The translations under genes were made by a program, and so were the position numbers. The notes under the pieces were generated by a model. The model did no database searches. It was not told where the DNA came from and worked only from the letters and a program-made list of their open reading frames with translations. DNA of 63,779 nt, the filler included. It is 6 parts of 6 records of this genome, joined end to end, with 100 filler letters (N's around TTAATTAATTAA, not from the genome) between each part and the next. Parts side by side here need not be neighbours in the genome. Positions count along the whole stretch, not along the records: positions 16,003 to 25,098 come from DRR723986_7425; positions 25,199 to 36,897 come from DRR723986_7430; 4 more parts are not named here. One strand, 5' to 3'. Below are positions 19,101 to 28,971 of this stretch, piece by piece (positions within the stretch are counted from its first letter, which is position 1; each line of letters opens with the position of its first letter).

Positions 19101-22100
19101 CCAAGTGTTGCACCGCTTGAACTACGATAGCTGATACTTGCGCTGGTGCTCTCAAAGTGGCTGCCCTGAACACCAAGAATAAAAGGGGAGAGCGTAGCGC
19201 TTGTGCTGCTCGGCGTGAGTAGTGTTATCTGTGGCGCGGGTGGAAGGTTAAACAAAACGACATGGTCGACGCCTTCGTTGGAGTTAACCCAGATATCCAG
19301 GTCTCCATCATTGTCAAAATCTCCAGTCTCGGCGTCCAGTGGTGAAACTATCGCCACGCTGGAAGTACCAAAAGTCAGGTCGCCATTGTTCAGCCAGATT
19401 GTGCTGCTGCCGTCACGCAGCGCTAAAACGTCAAGGTTGCCGTCACCATTCAGATCTCCCAGTTCAATCGCATTGGGAGCTACCGTCCCAAGTGCCATAC
19501 TGCTGAATGTCACGTCGCCGTTGTTTAACAGAATCGTTGGTGCCGTTGTGCTGCTTTCGTGTGCCAGAACCAAGTCGATATCACCGTCATTGTCCATGTC
19601 GCCAAAGTCCATGTCCCGCACTGCAACACTGGACGTACTTATCTGACTGAATTCGGCTCTGCCATTGTTTAACAGAATGTACACAGCGTTTGTGCTCTTA
19701 AAAACCAGGTCCAGGTCGCCATCACTGTCGATGTCGGTTGCTATGGGGTCTTCCAGGCCGGTGCCGGCGGGAATCGTTGACAGAACAAAGGTCGCATCGC
19801 CATTGTTTGTTAACAAAATCGGCTGGAAATTGGGTGAAGCATGAACTACGTCAAGGTCCCCATCTGCATCCAGGTCGCCCAAAGCAAAGGTACCAAAGTC
19901 AGCTGCTTTGGTATAACCGAATGTTGGCGCAATACCTTCGCCATTGTTGATTCCAATATGAACCTGGTCGTCATAGGCCTGAAAGACAATGTCCATGTCG
20001 CCGTCGTTATCAAAGTCGCCGGCTTTAACATCTTCGAAATCGAGAAATCCGATAGTATTGGAAAAGAACATTTTCTGGCCAAAACCCAAATGAACCTGCG
20101 AACCAGTGCCAAACGTGTAAGCATCGAGCCTGCCGTCCGCGTTTAAGTCGCCCAGGCCGACTCCACGGCTGACAATTGACAGTGTTGTGCCGGTAGAGAA
20201 GCGAGCCGTTGCTGGTGCAGCTTGTACTCTAAACTGCGATACAATTCCAGTGCTTGCCTGCGCACCTTGAACTGAGCGTATTGCGCTGCTTACACTTACG
20301 CTGACCTGGTCTCCGGCACGGAAGTCGTTTGCCGGATCGATCGTCATCCGCTGATCACCATTGCTAAAACTGACTGCGGCTCCATCGCTGACTTCACCAG
20401 TCTGTGAGCCCCAGATACGCAGAATCGGATTCGCTTGCGGCGCAACTGTCAGCGCAGCGGTGCTCATGACTTCGCTGAATCCAATTTGAATGTCGCTATC
20501 GCGATGTACATTCTGTGCGTTTATGAGGGGCGATTCTGCGATTGCGATTGGCCGTGGCTCGTTGAGCCACAAACGTGTGTTTGCCGTTGAGCTCACCAGC
20601 TGTGAATATACGGTGACCAGGTCCAAGTCGCCATCGTTGTCCATGTCACCAAGTGCAGCCTGGTGTATTTGGGCGCCTTCAAGAGCTTTACTGCTAAACG
20701 TTCCGTTGCCATTATTAACAAAAATACTGCTGCCCGTGGAAGCCGGGCTTGTCACTATCGCATCCAGATCACCATCCGCATCCAAATCTCCCAATTGAAT
20801 TCTTCGTCCATTTCTGGGCCCGGCATAATCTTCGGCAAACGTACCATCTCCATTGCCCAGATGGATATCAACTTCTCTGGTAAATTGAACTGTGAATAGT
20901 ACATCCAGGTTACCATCCTGATCAATGTCACCGATTGCAGTGTCTTCGCCGGAAGAAATGACTGTGCCAAGCGCACTGGATGTAAAACTTGCATCGCCAT
21001 TGTTCAGCCAGACCTCTTTTAGGTTGGAGCGGACATTAACGATAAAGTCTATGTCTCCATCGTTGTCCAGGTCGCCGTGGTCAACTCGACTATAACTTTT
21101 GGACACACCCATTGCTGATGATACAAAGGTCGCGTCACCGTTGTTTAACCAGAGCTTAAGTTCGTCAGCAGCATCAACCAGAACAGCGTCCAGGTCTCCA
21201 TCACCGTCCAGATCTGCCAGAGTTAGGCTTTGCGTCGAACCACCACCAAAACTTACCGTGTTGAATGTGCCGTCGCCATTATTCAGCATAATGTCATTGG
21301 GGGTGTCGTAAAAATGTGCTACAATCGCATCCAGATCACCATCACCATCCAGATCACCCAAAACAATCTCACGCGATTCACCACCTCCAATGCTGGAACT
21401 TGCAAAAGTCTGATCGCCATTGTTGAGGTAAATCGCCTGCGGATTATCCCTGTCGCCGGCTACGATGAAGTCATTGTGGCAATCATTATTGAGGTCACCA
21501 ATGGCTACGGCGCGGTGATTGCCGCTCGTTACAACTGAACTGGTAAAGCTACCCGATCCGACGGCTACACGTGCGCGAAATTGGTACACTAATGCCCGAT
21601 CGATTAACACTCCGCTCGTGGATTGCGCATTTGTGACTGTCACAGAAACAAGTTCGTTGGGGCGGAAATCAAGGTCTGGGTTAAAGCTGAGCTGCTGATT
21701 GCCACTGAAGCTGCCCTCCGTGCTGCGCAGTCCCGTCTGTGAACCGTAGATAAGAATATTATCCGCATCAATACTCGCGCTGCTCATTGCTTCGCTAAAC
21801 AGAATGGAGATATTTGTGCCGCGCGCTACGTTCGTCGCATTTGTGGCGGGAGAGTAGTTTTGGATTGTTGGTTGCGCCAGTGCCGTCACACCTGTGCCTA
21901 CCAGCAGCGATGCCAGAACTGCCGTCATGCGCGCATTTGCGAGCGGATTAATCGTGTGCTGCAGGATTTGCAGGCGTTTGCGTAGGAAGCGAATTTTGTG
22001 GCGGATTGCATATGAATTCTCCTGATACTCCTGCATCCGCTGCAGACGCCGTGCATCCTTTTTGAATCTCTTGAACGCTGTCAGAATCGAATGTGTGCGC

Positions 22101-22156
22101 AATCGTTTCATCATAATTCTCCGGAAGTATTGAAGACAGTCCAACTTTCCAGACAT
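16127..22156 (-). CDS. Large T9SS-secreted surface protein: 2x(Ig-like + FG-GAP propeller), Ig/cadherin-like domains, lactonase-like beta-propeller, T9SS-type C-terminal domain
   Basis: Many GDLDGDGDLD Ca-binding repeats; two SPxxNAxNV..FSExM Ig modules; repeated DGxxGVDGLxG..VSPDG..VY blades; C-terminal VRPNP...DLRG...LPKGAY. Start may be ATG 22114. Confidence 0.85.
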   Translation of the reverse strand: MSGKLDCLQYFRRIMMKRLRTHSILTAFKRFKKDARRLQRMQEYQENSYAIRHKIRFLRKRLQILQHTINPLANARMTAVLASLLVGTGVTALAQPTIQNYSPATNATNVARGTNISILFSEAMSSASIDADNILIYGSQTGLRSTEGSFSGNQQLSFNPDLDFRPNELVSVTVTNAQSTSGVLIDRALVYQFRARVAVGSGSFTSSVVTSGNHRAVAIGDLNNDCHNDFIVAGDRDNPQAIYLNNGDQTFASSSIGGGESREIVLGDLDGDGDLDAIVAHFYDTPNDIMLNNGDGTFNTVSFGGGSTQSLTLADLDGDGDLDAVLVDAADELKLWLNNGDATFVSSAMGVSKSYSRVDHGDLDNDGDIDFIVNVRSNLKEVWLNNGDASFTSSALGTVISSGEDTAIGDIDQDGNLDVLFTVQFTREVDIHLGNGDGTFAEDYAGPRNGRRIQLGDLDADGDLDAIVTSPASTGSSIFVNNGNGTFSSKALEGAQIHQAALGDMDNDGDLDLVTVYSQLVSSTANTRLWLNEPRPIAIAESPLINAQNVHRDSDIQIGFSEVMSTAALTVAPQANPILRIWGSQTGEVSDGAAVSFSNGDQRMTIDPANDFRAGDQVSVSVSSAIRSVQGAQASTGIVSQFRVQAAPATARFSTGTTLSIVSRGVGLGDLNADGRLDAYTFGTGSQVHLGFGQKMFFSNTIGFLDFEDVKAGDFDNDGDMDIVFQAYDDQVHIGINNGEGIAPTFGYTKAADFGTFALGDLDADGDLDVVHASPNFQPILLTNNGDATFVLSTIPAGTGLEDPIATDIDSDGDLDLVFKSTNAVYILLNNGRAEFSQISTSSVAVRDMDFGDMDNDGDIDLVLAHESSTTAPTILLNNGDVTFSSMALGTVAPNAIELGDLNGDGNLDVLALRDGSSTIWLNNGDLTFGTSSVAIVSPLDAETGDFDNDGDLDIWVNSNEGVDHVVLFNLPPAPQITLLTPSSTSATLSPFILGVQGSHFESTSASISYRSSSGATLGFRELAVQGNSSTSLSVELISGLVSTAGTLTLQIDAAGGSTSAVFTVTNDQPLIQATEPTVSIAEDSSTTIVLTIDDVWPGLAGLRITPPLTDGSSIASITQVGATTASTQFLIVAAQDFNGSAPLSFSVSDGDLQSTTTVNVNILALNDPPTLQLPAKLTLLPNGVSSATLLLNDVDNNIGDLFVTATSANQNLIADGNLTLGATAASMSLDFVSECHTSGTTQIVITVSDGLASTRQSIDVCILDNSETPIKGATRAACVNNSSPYNALPAQDAINFLWTADGGTILRGQGSAEIDVLWLQGSSNHSISLLRTYANGCTTASSLNLSPSLLTLASDFAATSASLSVTLAVLQNDSGTALSIVALQTPDNGIASHTNGIVTYTPNSGFGGIEVFNYTAENALGCTSAGVIQVAVQEPAARVNLEYLARYKNRSGALRGLNGAINTSVSPDGKFVYVAGRQDHSIAIFARNTSDGLLTYVTRVRNLRGGVSGLRSVQDLAVSSDGRWLFACGYGDNSLVVFSRDISTGELTFSDKRKHGQTDSGGKITALKRPRALALSPDGSNVYVAANLVNSIGVFDFNTLTGEMQWLEGLKDGVGGVDGLKGVLDLAVSPDGLHVYTAGFGEDKIGILARSSSSGTLTYLGQVRDGFNGVDGLNGVRALSVAADGRQLYAAGFEDDALSVFDRNNQSGLLSFVERLKDGQNGVDGLERASNLAVSKAGRQVWTASEHEKAIALFARQDDGRLDFAHRVNININDIRGLDLSNAGQYGYGAASIADAVSVVYRNRQPQAVDDTGHIAFKNAAVQIAALNNDSDADNHSLKIVSKTDGALGTVDITGGGSLLTYNAGTTLGADQFTYTIDDGHGGSSTATVSLMVNNSKKSLLTKRVDDLQNPLEAQVRPNPLRDKLTLHCKLLNTSSLEVILTDLRGAELNRLECGIRSAGTHQIEWDLTSLNLPKGAYTVTLRARGQGSDTANVAEAVEAHISVRIVD

Positions 22157-22546
22157 AGCACTCCCAGGCCGCGTGATTTCCCGGAACTTTGAGATATTCT
22201 CAAACGGAAATCACACCGCAACCGAAGCTGTTATGGCCATAATTGGCATCGGGAGGGAATCAGTACTGGAACAGGCAGCAAATGTTAGGCCCGCCAGTTC
22301 TTGCTGGAACTCTTTAATCTAGCGCCAGGTGGAATTGCAGTGAAGGTAATTTGGGCTAATTGTGTTCTCCAGCGCCGCAGCTACCGGAGGGAGGCAGATG
22401 AGGTCGAGGTGTGAAGACGCTAATTGATTGAAAAACAATGGTTTACGATGATGCCGTCGCAACCTGTACAAAACCTCTACAGACACCCACGACAGCCAAA
22501 GCTGTGGCATGTGGAGCTGCGCCGGCAGACACTATTGCTGTGATTC

Positions 22547-24826
22547 CTAGTCAATAGATGCGATAAATGATGCCAAATTTGAGCGTGAATCCAGCTGCAT
22601 TTTGCGCCGGATTCGATAGCGATAGGTCTCGATGCTGCGCTCTTCAACATTCATGATCTGACTGATATCTTTGCTGCTGCAGTGCAGTTTAATCAATGCA
22701 CACACGCGCAGCTCCGCCGGTGTCAAGTCTGGAAAACGGCTTGAAAGTGTTAACTGGAAGTTGCCGTGTACGCGGTTAAATCTCTCATCAAATTGCAGCC
22801 ATTCTCCGGCATCCGTCTCGACATCGTTCAGTGTCTGGACAATCTTGTTGACGGCATCAGGCAGGTCGTCATTGTTCTTTTGCAGGCTGTTCTGCAGACG
22901 CGTGCGCACATGTTTAATCACGGCATTCTTTTGTGAAATAAACAGAGCCTGGCCCATAATTTCACGTTCCTGTGCATGTAAATTATCTTTCAGATTCTGA
23001 TTGTGTTGTTTTAGACCTTCGGCGCGTTGGTGTTCATCTGCTACGGTATGCATCGCTCGCAAATTGTTTAACTGCTCAGTTGAAGTTTCCTGGAAACGAT
23101 GTGCCGAATAGTCGTGAAACAGGCGCTCCTGCTCCAAAGCTTCGCGCCACTGCTCCCGCGCTTCGAACAAGATGGCGAGCGCTTTGTGAATTTCCGGTAT
23201 CCGTCGTATCCGTTTTTTACTGTTGGCATCTTCCAGTAGTTTATGAAGTATCGACTCTGCCCGTGCCGGGTCACGCTCAATTAACAAGGTTGCAATTTTA
23301 CACTGTGTTTCTATCCAGCCGTCCTGCGCTTCACTTTGTTGCTGATACTCGGCTGCATTCCCAAGGAATGTTAAGGCTTCGTCTTTATCGCCCGCATCTT
23401 GCCGCACCTGCGCCAGGCCGCACAAAATTTCAGCTGTCTGTGTTGGATTAAACTCATCTGTCCCCATGTTAAGGGCGTGGCGATAGAGCTGTTCCGCTTC
23501 AGTCGAATCTTCGCGTGCCGCGGCGATGGCCGCCAGTCGCAGGATCGATTCACGCTGCAATTCGCGATTTCCCAGGGATTCGTTTTCTTTTAAGCAGCGC
23601 CGATAAAATTCCTCAGACCGTTCCAGGTCACCAATCCGATAATATAAGCGCCCGATGAAGCCAAGCAGCAGAATCAGGCTGGAAGTCAGGGAGTGTTGCT
23701 GCATGCGCTCCAGCGACTTCAGGAAGTAAGCCAGCGCCTGTTGGTTGTCGCCCATTTGCATGTAGATGCGGCCCAGGTGTAGCAGGGTAACGTCGGTGCG
23801 CCCCGGCGCGTCTTCAAGATGCTTCCAGCGTTCCAGCGCAGTCAGGCCGGTTTTGAGCGCCTGTTGATACTCACAAAGTGAAATCTCCATATCACAAATA
23901 TTGGTGAGGTATACGGCGTATTCAACGGTGGAGTACTCTTCGTCCAGCAGGGACCGGCAGTTCTCAAATCTGTCCCGCGCAGCGCGCAGTTTGCCTTCCG
24001 ACTGATCATTCAGTCCAAGCATCATTTGGGCCGCTGCCTGCAATTCCTGATTGCCAATCTCTTCAAATATTTTGAGTGCGCGCGCTGCCTTTTCACGTGT
24101 TAAATGTAGTTGCCCCAGCATATGGTGGATGATCGAGCTTTTAATCAGGTTGCGTCCTACATCGTACATATCGCCCAGCGACTGCAAAATGTTAATAGAC
24201 TTCTCATGTAATTGCAAGGCCTCGCGTAACTGTCCGGCGTTTGTGAGTTCACCCGCCCGCAGGTTAAAGCTAGTTGATTCAAGGAGTGGGCTCGCATCCA
24301 GGGAATGCACCCGCAAATGTGTTAACCGCTTGACGAGTATCTTGTGAAGTGTGATGTCATGTGTTTTCAGTGCAAACATAGAGCGCCGGTATAACAGGTG
24401 ATATTCGATTGCTGCCTCTGTTTCATCCAGCGAAATTGTATCAATCTCTGCCAGGTTGCGCTTAACAAGTGTCATGTCTCCACGTGCCGAGGCCGTGTGG
24501 GCACTGTTTAAGAGCGCATCATAACGTTGCGCCGGCCAGTTAACAATCTGACTTTGGTCTAACACTGATTGAACCAGAGTGTAGTTTGTGGGGTTGTCTC
24601 CCAGCCGTTTGGCGGCGTTTGCAGCCAGCATAAACATTTGTGCGGCGGATTGATTGGGGCAGTATAAACCGTCTTTTTGCAGCTGTCCGGTACTAAGTCC
24701 GGGGAGGTATTGGTCAAATGTAGCCAGGCACGCGCGCGCATCCGTCATCAGCAGGCGGCCGGCGGCTTCAATGGCTTCCTTGCTCACATTTTCTGGTGCG
24801 TAATTTTGCTCTTCAGCTGCTGACAT
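22547..24826 (-). CDS. TPR-repeat protein with C-terminal LuxR-type HTH (one-component regulator)
   Basis: Tandem TPR-like helices (LGRIY..GD..QAL.YF.KSL), coiled coil, then FPDLTPAELRVCALIK..SKDISQIMNV..RSIETYRYRIRRKM. No TM segment evident. Confidence 0.85.
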   Translation of the reverse strand: MSAAEEQNYAPENVSKEAIEAAGRLLMTDARACLATFDQYLPGLSTGQLQKDGLYCPNQSAAQMFMLAANAAKRLGDNPTNYTLVQSVLDQSQIVNWPAQRYDALLNSAHTASARGDMTLVKRNLAEIDTISLDETEAAIEYHLLYRRSMFALKTHDITLHKILVKRLTHLRVHSLDASPLLESTSFNLRAGELTNAGQLREALQLHEKSINILQSLGDMYDVGRNLIKSSIIHHMLGQLHLTREKAARALKIFEEIGNQELQAAAQMMLGLNDQSEGKLRAARDRFENCRSLLDEEYSTVEYAVYLTNICDMEISLCEYQQALKTGLTALERWKHLEDAPGRTDVTLLHLGRIYMQMGDNQQALAYFLKSLERMQQHSLTSSLILLLGFIGRLYYRIGDLERSEEFYRRCLKENESLGNRELQRESILRLAAIAAAREDSTEAEQLYRHALNMGTDEFNPTQTAEILCGLAQVRQDAGDKDEALTFLGNAAEYQQQSEAQDGWIETQCKIATLLIERDPARAESILHKLLEDANSKKRIRRIPEIHKALAILFEAREQWREALEQERLFHDYSAHRFQETSTEQLNNLRAMHTVADEHQRAEGLKQHNQNLKDNLHAQEREIMGQALFISQKNAVIKHVRTRLQNSLQKNNDDLPDAVNKIVQTLNDVETDAGEWLQFDERFNRVHGNFQLTLSSRFPDLTPAELRVCALIKLHCSSKDISQIMNVEERSIETYRYRIRRKMQLDSRSNLASFIASID

Positions 24827-24953
24827 ATGGATTGCCTTTACCTACTTAACATCGCGAAGTTTTGCACGAGTTGCAATATACAACTGCTGTGAATTTAGCT
24901 CTGTTCAGTTTCGGCTCTTGCGTTATGTGGTCTGTAGCTCTCAAATTTTTGAC

Positions 24954-25073
24954 CGCTGCGCCCTTTTCGCTTTTCACCTGACGGTGGGCTCAATGGCTGG
25001 CTTTTTCTTGCATCGCTGCGCCCTTTTCACCCACATACAGATGAGGGGCTCAATGGCTGGCTTTTTCATTTTG
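24954..25073. repeat. Two-copy tandem repeat with a 60-bp period and a variable 17-nt core
   Basis: CGCTGCGCCCTTTTC at 24954 and 25014; GGGCTCAATGGCTGGCTTTTTC at 24986 and 25046. Confidence 0.85.
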
Positions 25074-25098
25074 TTAGTTTTTGGATCGGAAGATTGAA

Positions 25099-25198
25099 NN
25101 NNNNNNNNNNNNNNNNNNNNNNNNNNNNNNNNNNNNNNNNNNTTAATTAATTAANNNNNNNNNNNNNNNNNNNNNNNNNNNNNNNNNNNNNNNNNNNN
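25099..25198. other. Artificial contig linker
   Basis: N44-TTAATTAATTAA-N44. Confidence 0.99.
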
Positions 25199-25511
25199 TC
25201 GCGCTGGAAGAGAACGGCAACGACATCTACGGCCTGCAGTTCTATCAGCATGGCGAAACCCCCGGTTTGGGTGCCGAGGTGGACAACCCGCGCTGGAAAA
25301 CACTTTGGAGCGGCAAAAAACTGCGCGACGATAACGGCGATCTTCAGATCACCGTGGCCAAATCGCAGCCCGCTGCTGGTCCCGACTATTACATCGACGC
25401 GCTGGCTGGTGCCACCCTGACCACCGTGGGCGTCAACAATCTGGTGAATTTCTGGATGGGTGATCAAGGTTACGCACCCTTCCTGGCCAAGCTTAAAGCA
25501 GGAGAGATCTG

Positions 25512-25512
<1 letters not shown>
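25199..25512 (+). CDS. nqrC: Na+-NQR subunit C, 3' part
   Basis: [27 protein letters not shown] (FMN-Thr motif); directly upstream of nqrD. Confidence 0.93.
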
Positions 25513-26164
<652 letters not shown>

Positions 26165-26165
<1 letters not shown>

Positions 26166-26773
26166 TGGAAGGGCTTATCGCGCTGGCCGTAAAGGCCATC
26201 TTTGTTGAAAACCTGGCACTGTCATTCTTTCTTGGCATGTGTACCTTTATCGCGGTCTCGAAAAAGATCGGCACCGCGTTGGGTCTGGGTATTTCGGTCA
26301 TGGTCGTTCAGGCCATCACCGTCCCTGCCAACAATCTGTTGCTGACGTATCTGCTGAAACCGGGTGCGCTGGCGTGGGCGGGTTACCCCGATGTCGATCT
26401 GACCTTTCTTGGCCTGATTTCCTACATCGGTGTGATCGCTGCGATGGTTCAGATCCTCGAGATGATCCTCGATAAATTCTTTCCACCGCTCTACAACGCG
26501 CTGGGGATTTTCCTGCCGCTGATCACAGTGAACTGCGCCATCTTGGGTGGTTCGCTGTTCATGGTGGAACGCGACTATAACTTTGCCGAAGCAACCACAT
26601 ATGGTCTGTCTTCTGGCTTTGGTTGGGCACTGGCAATCACCGCGATGGCGGGTGTTCGTGAAAAGCTCAAGTATTCGGATGTGCCGGACGGCCTTCAGGG
26701 TCTTGGCATCACCTTTATCACTGCTGGACTGATGGCGATGGCCTTCATGTCGTTCAGCGGCGTAAAGCTGTAA
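26165..26773 (+). CDS. nqrE: Na+-NQR subunit E
   Basis: [37 protein letters not shown]. Confidence 0.97.
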
Positions 26774-26787
26774 GGGGGCGCTAGAAC

Positions 26788-28008
26788 ATGGAAACCTTTA
26801 CACTTGGTGTTATCCTTTTCACCCTGATCGTTCTTGGACTTGTCAGCATCATTCTGATGGCCCGTTCGCGTCTGGTTTCGACCGGTGACGTGACAATCAC
26901 CATCAACGGCGAAAAAGAAATTACCGTTCCAGCGGGCGGCAAATTGCTGCAAACGCTGGCGGCTGAAAAGCTGTTCGTTCCCTCCGCCTGCGGTGGCGGC
27001 GGTACATGCGCCCAATGTCGGGTAAAAGTGCATTCTGGTGGCGGGTCTATCCTGCCGACTGAAGAAAGCCACATCACCAAACGCGAAGCATCCTGTGGCG
27101 ATCGCCTGTCTTGTCAGGTGGCTGTTAAGCAGGACATGAACATCGAAGTCCCCGAAGAGGTCTTTGGCGTTAAGAAATGGGAATGCACGGTTCGTTCAAA
27201 CGAAAACGTTGCAACCTTTATTAAAGCGCTGACTCTGGATCTCCCCGAAGGCGAAGATGTGAATTTCCGTGCTGGTGGTTACATCCAGATCGAAGCCCCG
27301 GCACATGCTCTGAAATACACAGAGTTCGATGTGGAAGAAGAGTATCGCGGCGATTGGGATCACTTCAATCTGTGGCAGTACGAAAGCGTTGTTCCAGAAC
27401 CAATCGAGCGCGCCTATTCGATGGCGAACTATCCCGACGAACGCGGCATGATCATGCTGAACGTTCGGGTTGCATCGCCCCCTCCCGGTTCCTCTGGAAT
27501 TCCAGCGGGTCAGATGTCGTCCTACATCTTTAACCTGAAACCGGGTGACAAGGTGACCATCTCGGGTCCGTTCGGCGAATTCTTTGCCCGCGACACCCAA
27601 AAAGAGATGGTGTTTGTCGGCGGTGGTGCCGGTATGGCGCCAATGCGCAGTCACATCTTTGACCAGCTCAAGCGCTTGAACTCTGATCGTAAGATCAGCT
27701 TCTGGTATGGTGCCCGGTCCAAGAAAGAGATGTTCTTTGTCGAAGACTTTGACACTCTGGCAGCTGAGAACCCCAACTTTGACTGGCACGTTGCCCTGTC
27801 TGATCCGCAACCCGGCGATGATTGGGATGGCTACACCGGCTTCATTCACAACGTCCTGTTCGAAGAGTTCCTAAAGAACCACCCGGCACCGGAAGACTGT
27901 GAATTCTACATGTGTGGTCCGCCCATCATGAACCAGTCTGTGATCAACATGCTGGTCGACCTTGGGGTAGATCGCGAAGACATCATGCTTGATGACTTTG
28001 GTGGATAA
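26788..28008 (+). CDS. nqrF: Na+-NQR subunit F
   Basis: [12 protein letters not shown] [2Fe-2S], [31 protein letters not shown] end. Confidence 0.98.
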   Translation: METFTLGVILFTLIVLGLVSIILMARSRLVSTGDVTITINGEKEITVPAGGKLLQTLAAEKLFVPSACGGGGTCAQCRVKVHSGGGSILPTEESHITKREASCGDRLSCQVAVKQDMNIEVPEEVFGVKKWECTVRSNENVATFIKALTLDLPEGEDVNFRAGGYIQIEAPAHALKYTEFDVEEEYRGDWDHFNLWQYESVVPEPIERAYSMANYPDERGMIMLNVRVASPPPGSSGIPAGQMSSYIFNLKPGDKVTISGPFGEFFARDTQKEMVFVGGGAGMAPMRSHIFDQLKRLNSDRKISFWYGARSKKEMFFVEDFDTLAAENPNFDWHVALSDPQPGDDWDGYTGFIHNVLFEEFLKNHPAPEDCEFYMCGPPIMNQSVINMLVDLGVDREDIMLDDFGG

Positions 28009-28012
28009 ATAG

Positions 28013-28042
28013 AAAAAACCGGCGCCTCAGGGCGCCGGTTTT
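28013..28042. terminator. Bidirectional intrinsic terminator between nqrF and the CBS gene
   Basis: AAAAAACCGGCGCC-TCAG-GGCGCCGGTTTT between convergent genes. Confidence 0.88.
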
Positions 28043-28069
28043 CATTTATAGGGTCAAGGCGTGAACCGC

Positions 28070-28594
28070 TTAGCCAACGATCATTTGCTTCATCCGCAGG
28101 GCTTCGTATTCCAGTTCTTTCAGGCGAAAGTTCACAACATCACCGATGGTGATCATCCCGCACAAACGTCCTTCGGACAAAACAGGCATGTGCCGGAACC
28201 GGCCTTCGGTCATGCGTTTCAACACATCCGTTAGCGTGTCATCCGGCGTGCAGGTCACAACATCTTTGGTCATCAGATCCTCGACCGACTGCGGCAAGGT
28301 CTGTCCCGGTGTATCGGCCATGCGGCGCACAATATCGCGTTCCGACAGAATCCCCTGCATCACGCCGCCTGCTTCGGTGACAACAACCGCACCGATCCGT
28401 TTATCCTTAAGAACGCCAACAACATCAGCAATGGTATCCCCGACATTCACCGAAAATATTGCATCGCCTTTCCCCTCCAGTAGCTTGGACACCTTGGTTA
28501 AGGTATGAGACATGTTTGACTCTACCGATTGACTGAAAGTGGTGCGTTCCGCCTTGTCGCCCCGTGTTGGAGCTTGGTATGAGGTGGGTGCCAT
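28070..28594 (-). CDS. CBS-pair domain protein
   Basis: KRIGAVVV, GILSERDIVR, FRHMPV, ITIGDVV; GGAGGAG RBS upstream of 28594. Confidence 0.9.
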   Translation of the reverse strand: MAPTSYQAPTRGDKAERTTFSQSVESNMSHTLTKVSKLLEGKGDAIFSVNVGDTIADVVGVLKDKRIGAVVVTEAGGVMQGILSERDIVRRMADTPGQTLPQSVEDLMTKDVVTCTPDDTLTDVLKRMTEGRFRHMPVLSEGRLCGMITIGDVVNFRLKELEYEALRMKQMIVG

Positions 28595-28715
28595 TCGCAG
28601 ATCTCCTCCGTTTCGTTGAAATGCAGATATACCCTCATCTTAACGCCGGTTTTCGATCCGCATAGACCTCAATTTTGAAAACCCGCTCGTGGGACTGTTC
28701 AGCAAGGAAAACAAC

Positions 28716-28904
28716 ATGTTCCAAGACCTGTATCTGACCCCACTCAGTGGCTCGGTTATCCTGTTCATCGTGGTGGTGAGCGGGCACCTTTATCGGCAGA
28801 ATTGGAAGTCCGAGGCGCCGAACACCCGACTGCGGGCATGGGCCTATGGTTTGCCTGCTGCGATCGGCCTTATGGCATTGGCGTTTCTGCCCTTGAAATA
28901 CTGA
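28716..28904 (+). CDS. Small two-TM membrane protein (62 aa)
   Basis: AAGGA RBS then ATG 28716; two hydrophobic segments flanking YRQNWK. Confidence 0.6.
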   Translation: MFQDLYLTPLSGSVILFIVVVSGHLYRQNWKSEAPNTRLRAWAYGLPAAIGLMALAFLPLKY

Positions 28905-28971
28905 GGTCAAATTGACTCTGACGGTCTGCGGTGGCATACGCCAGCAACGCCCAAAACCGGAGATCCGACCG

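Noticed and set aside
24954-25073. Possible mini-CRISPR
   Set aside because: Only two units, split constant blocks, a 17-nt variable part that is too short for a spacer, and no cas genes.
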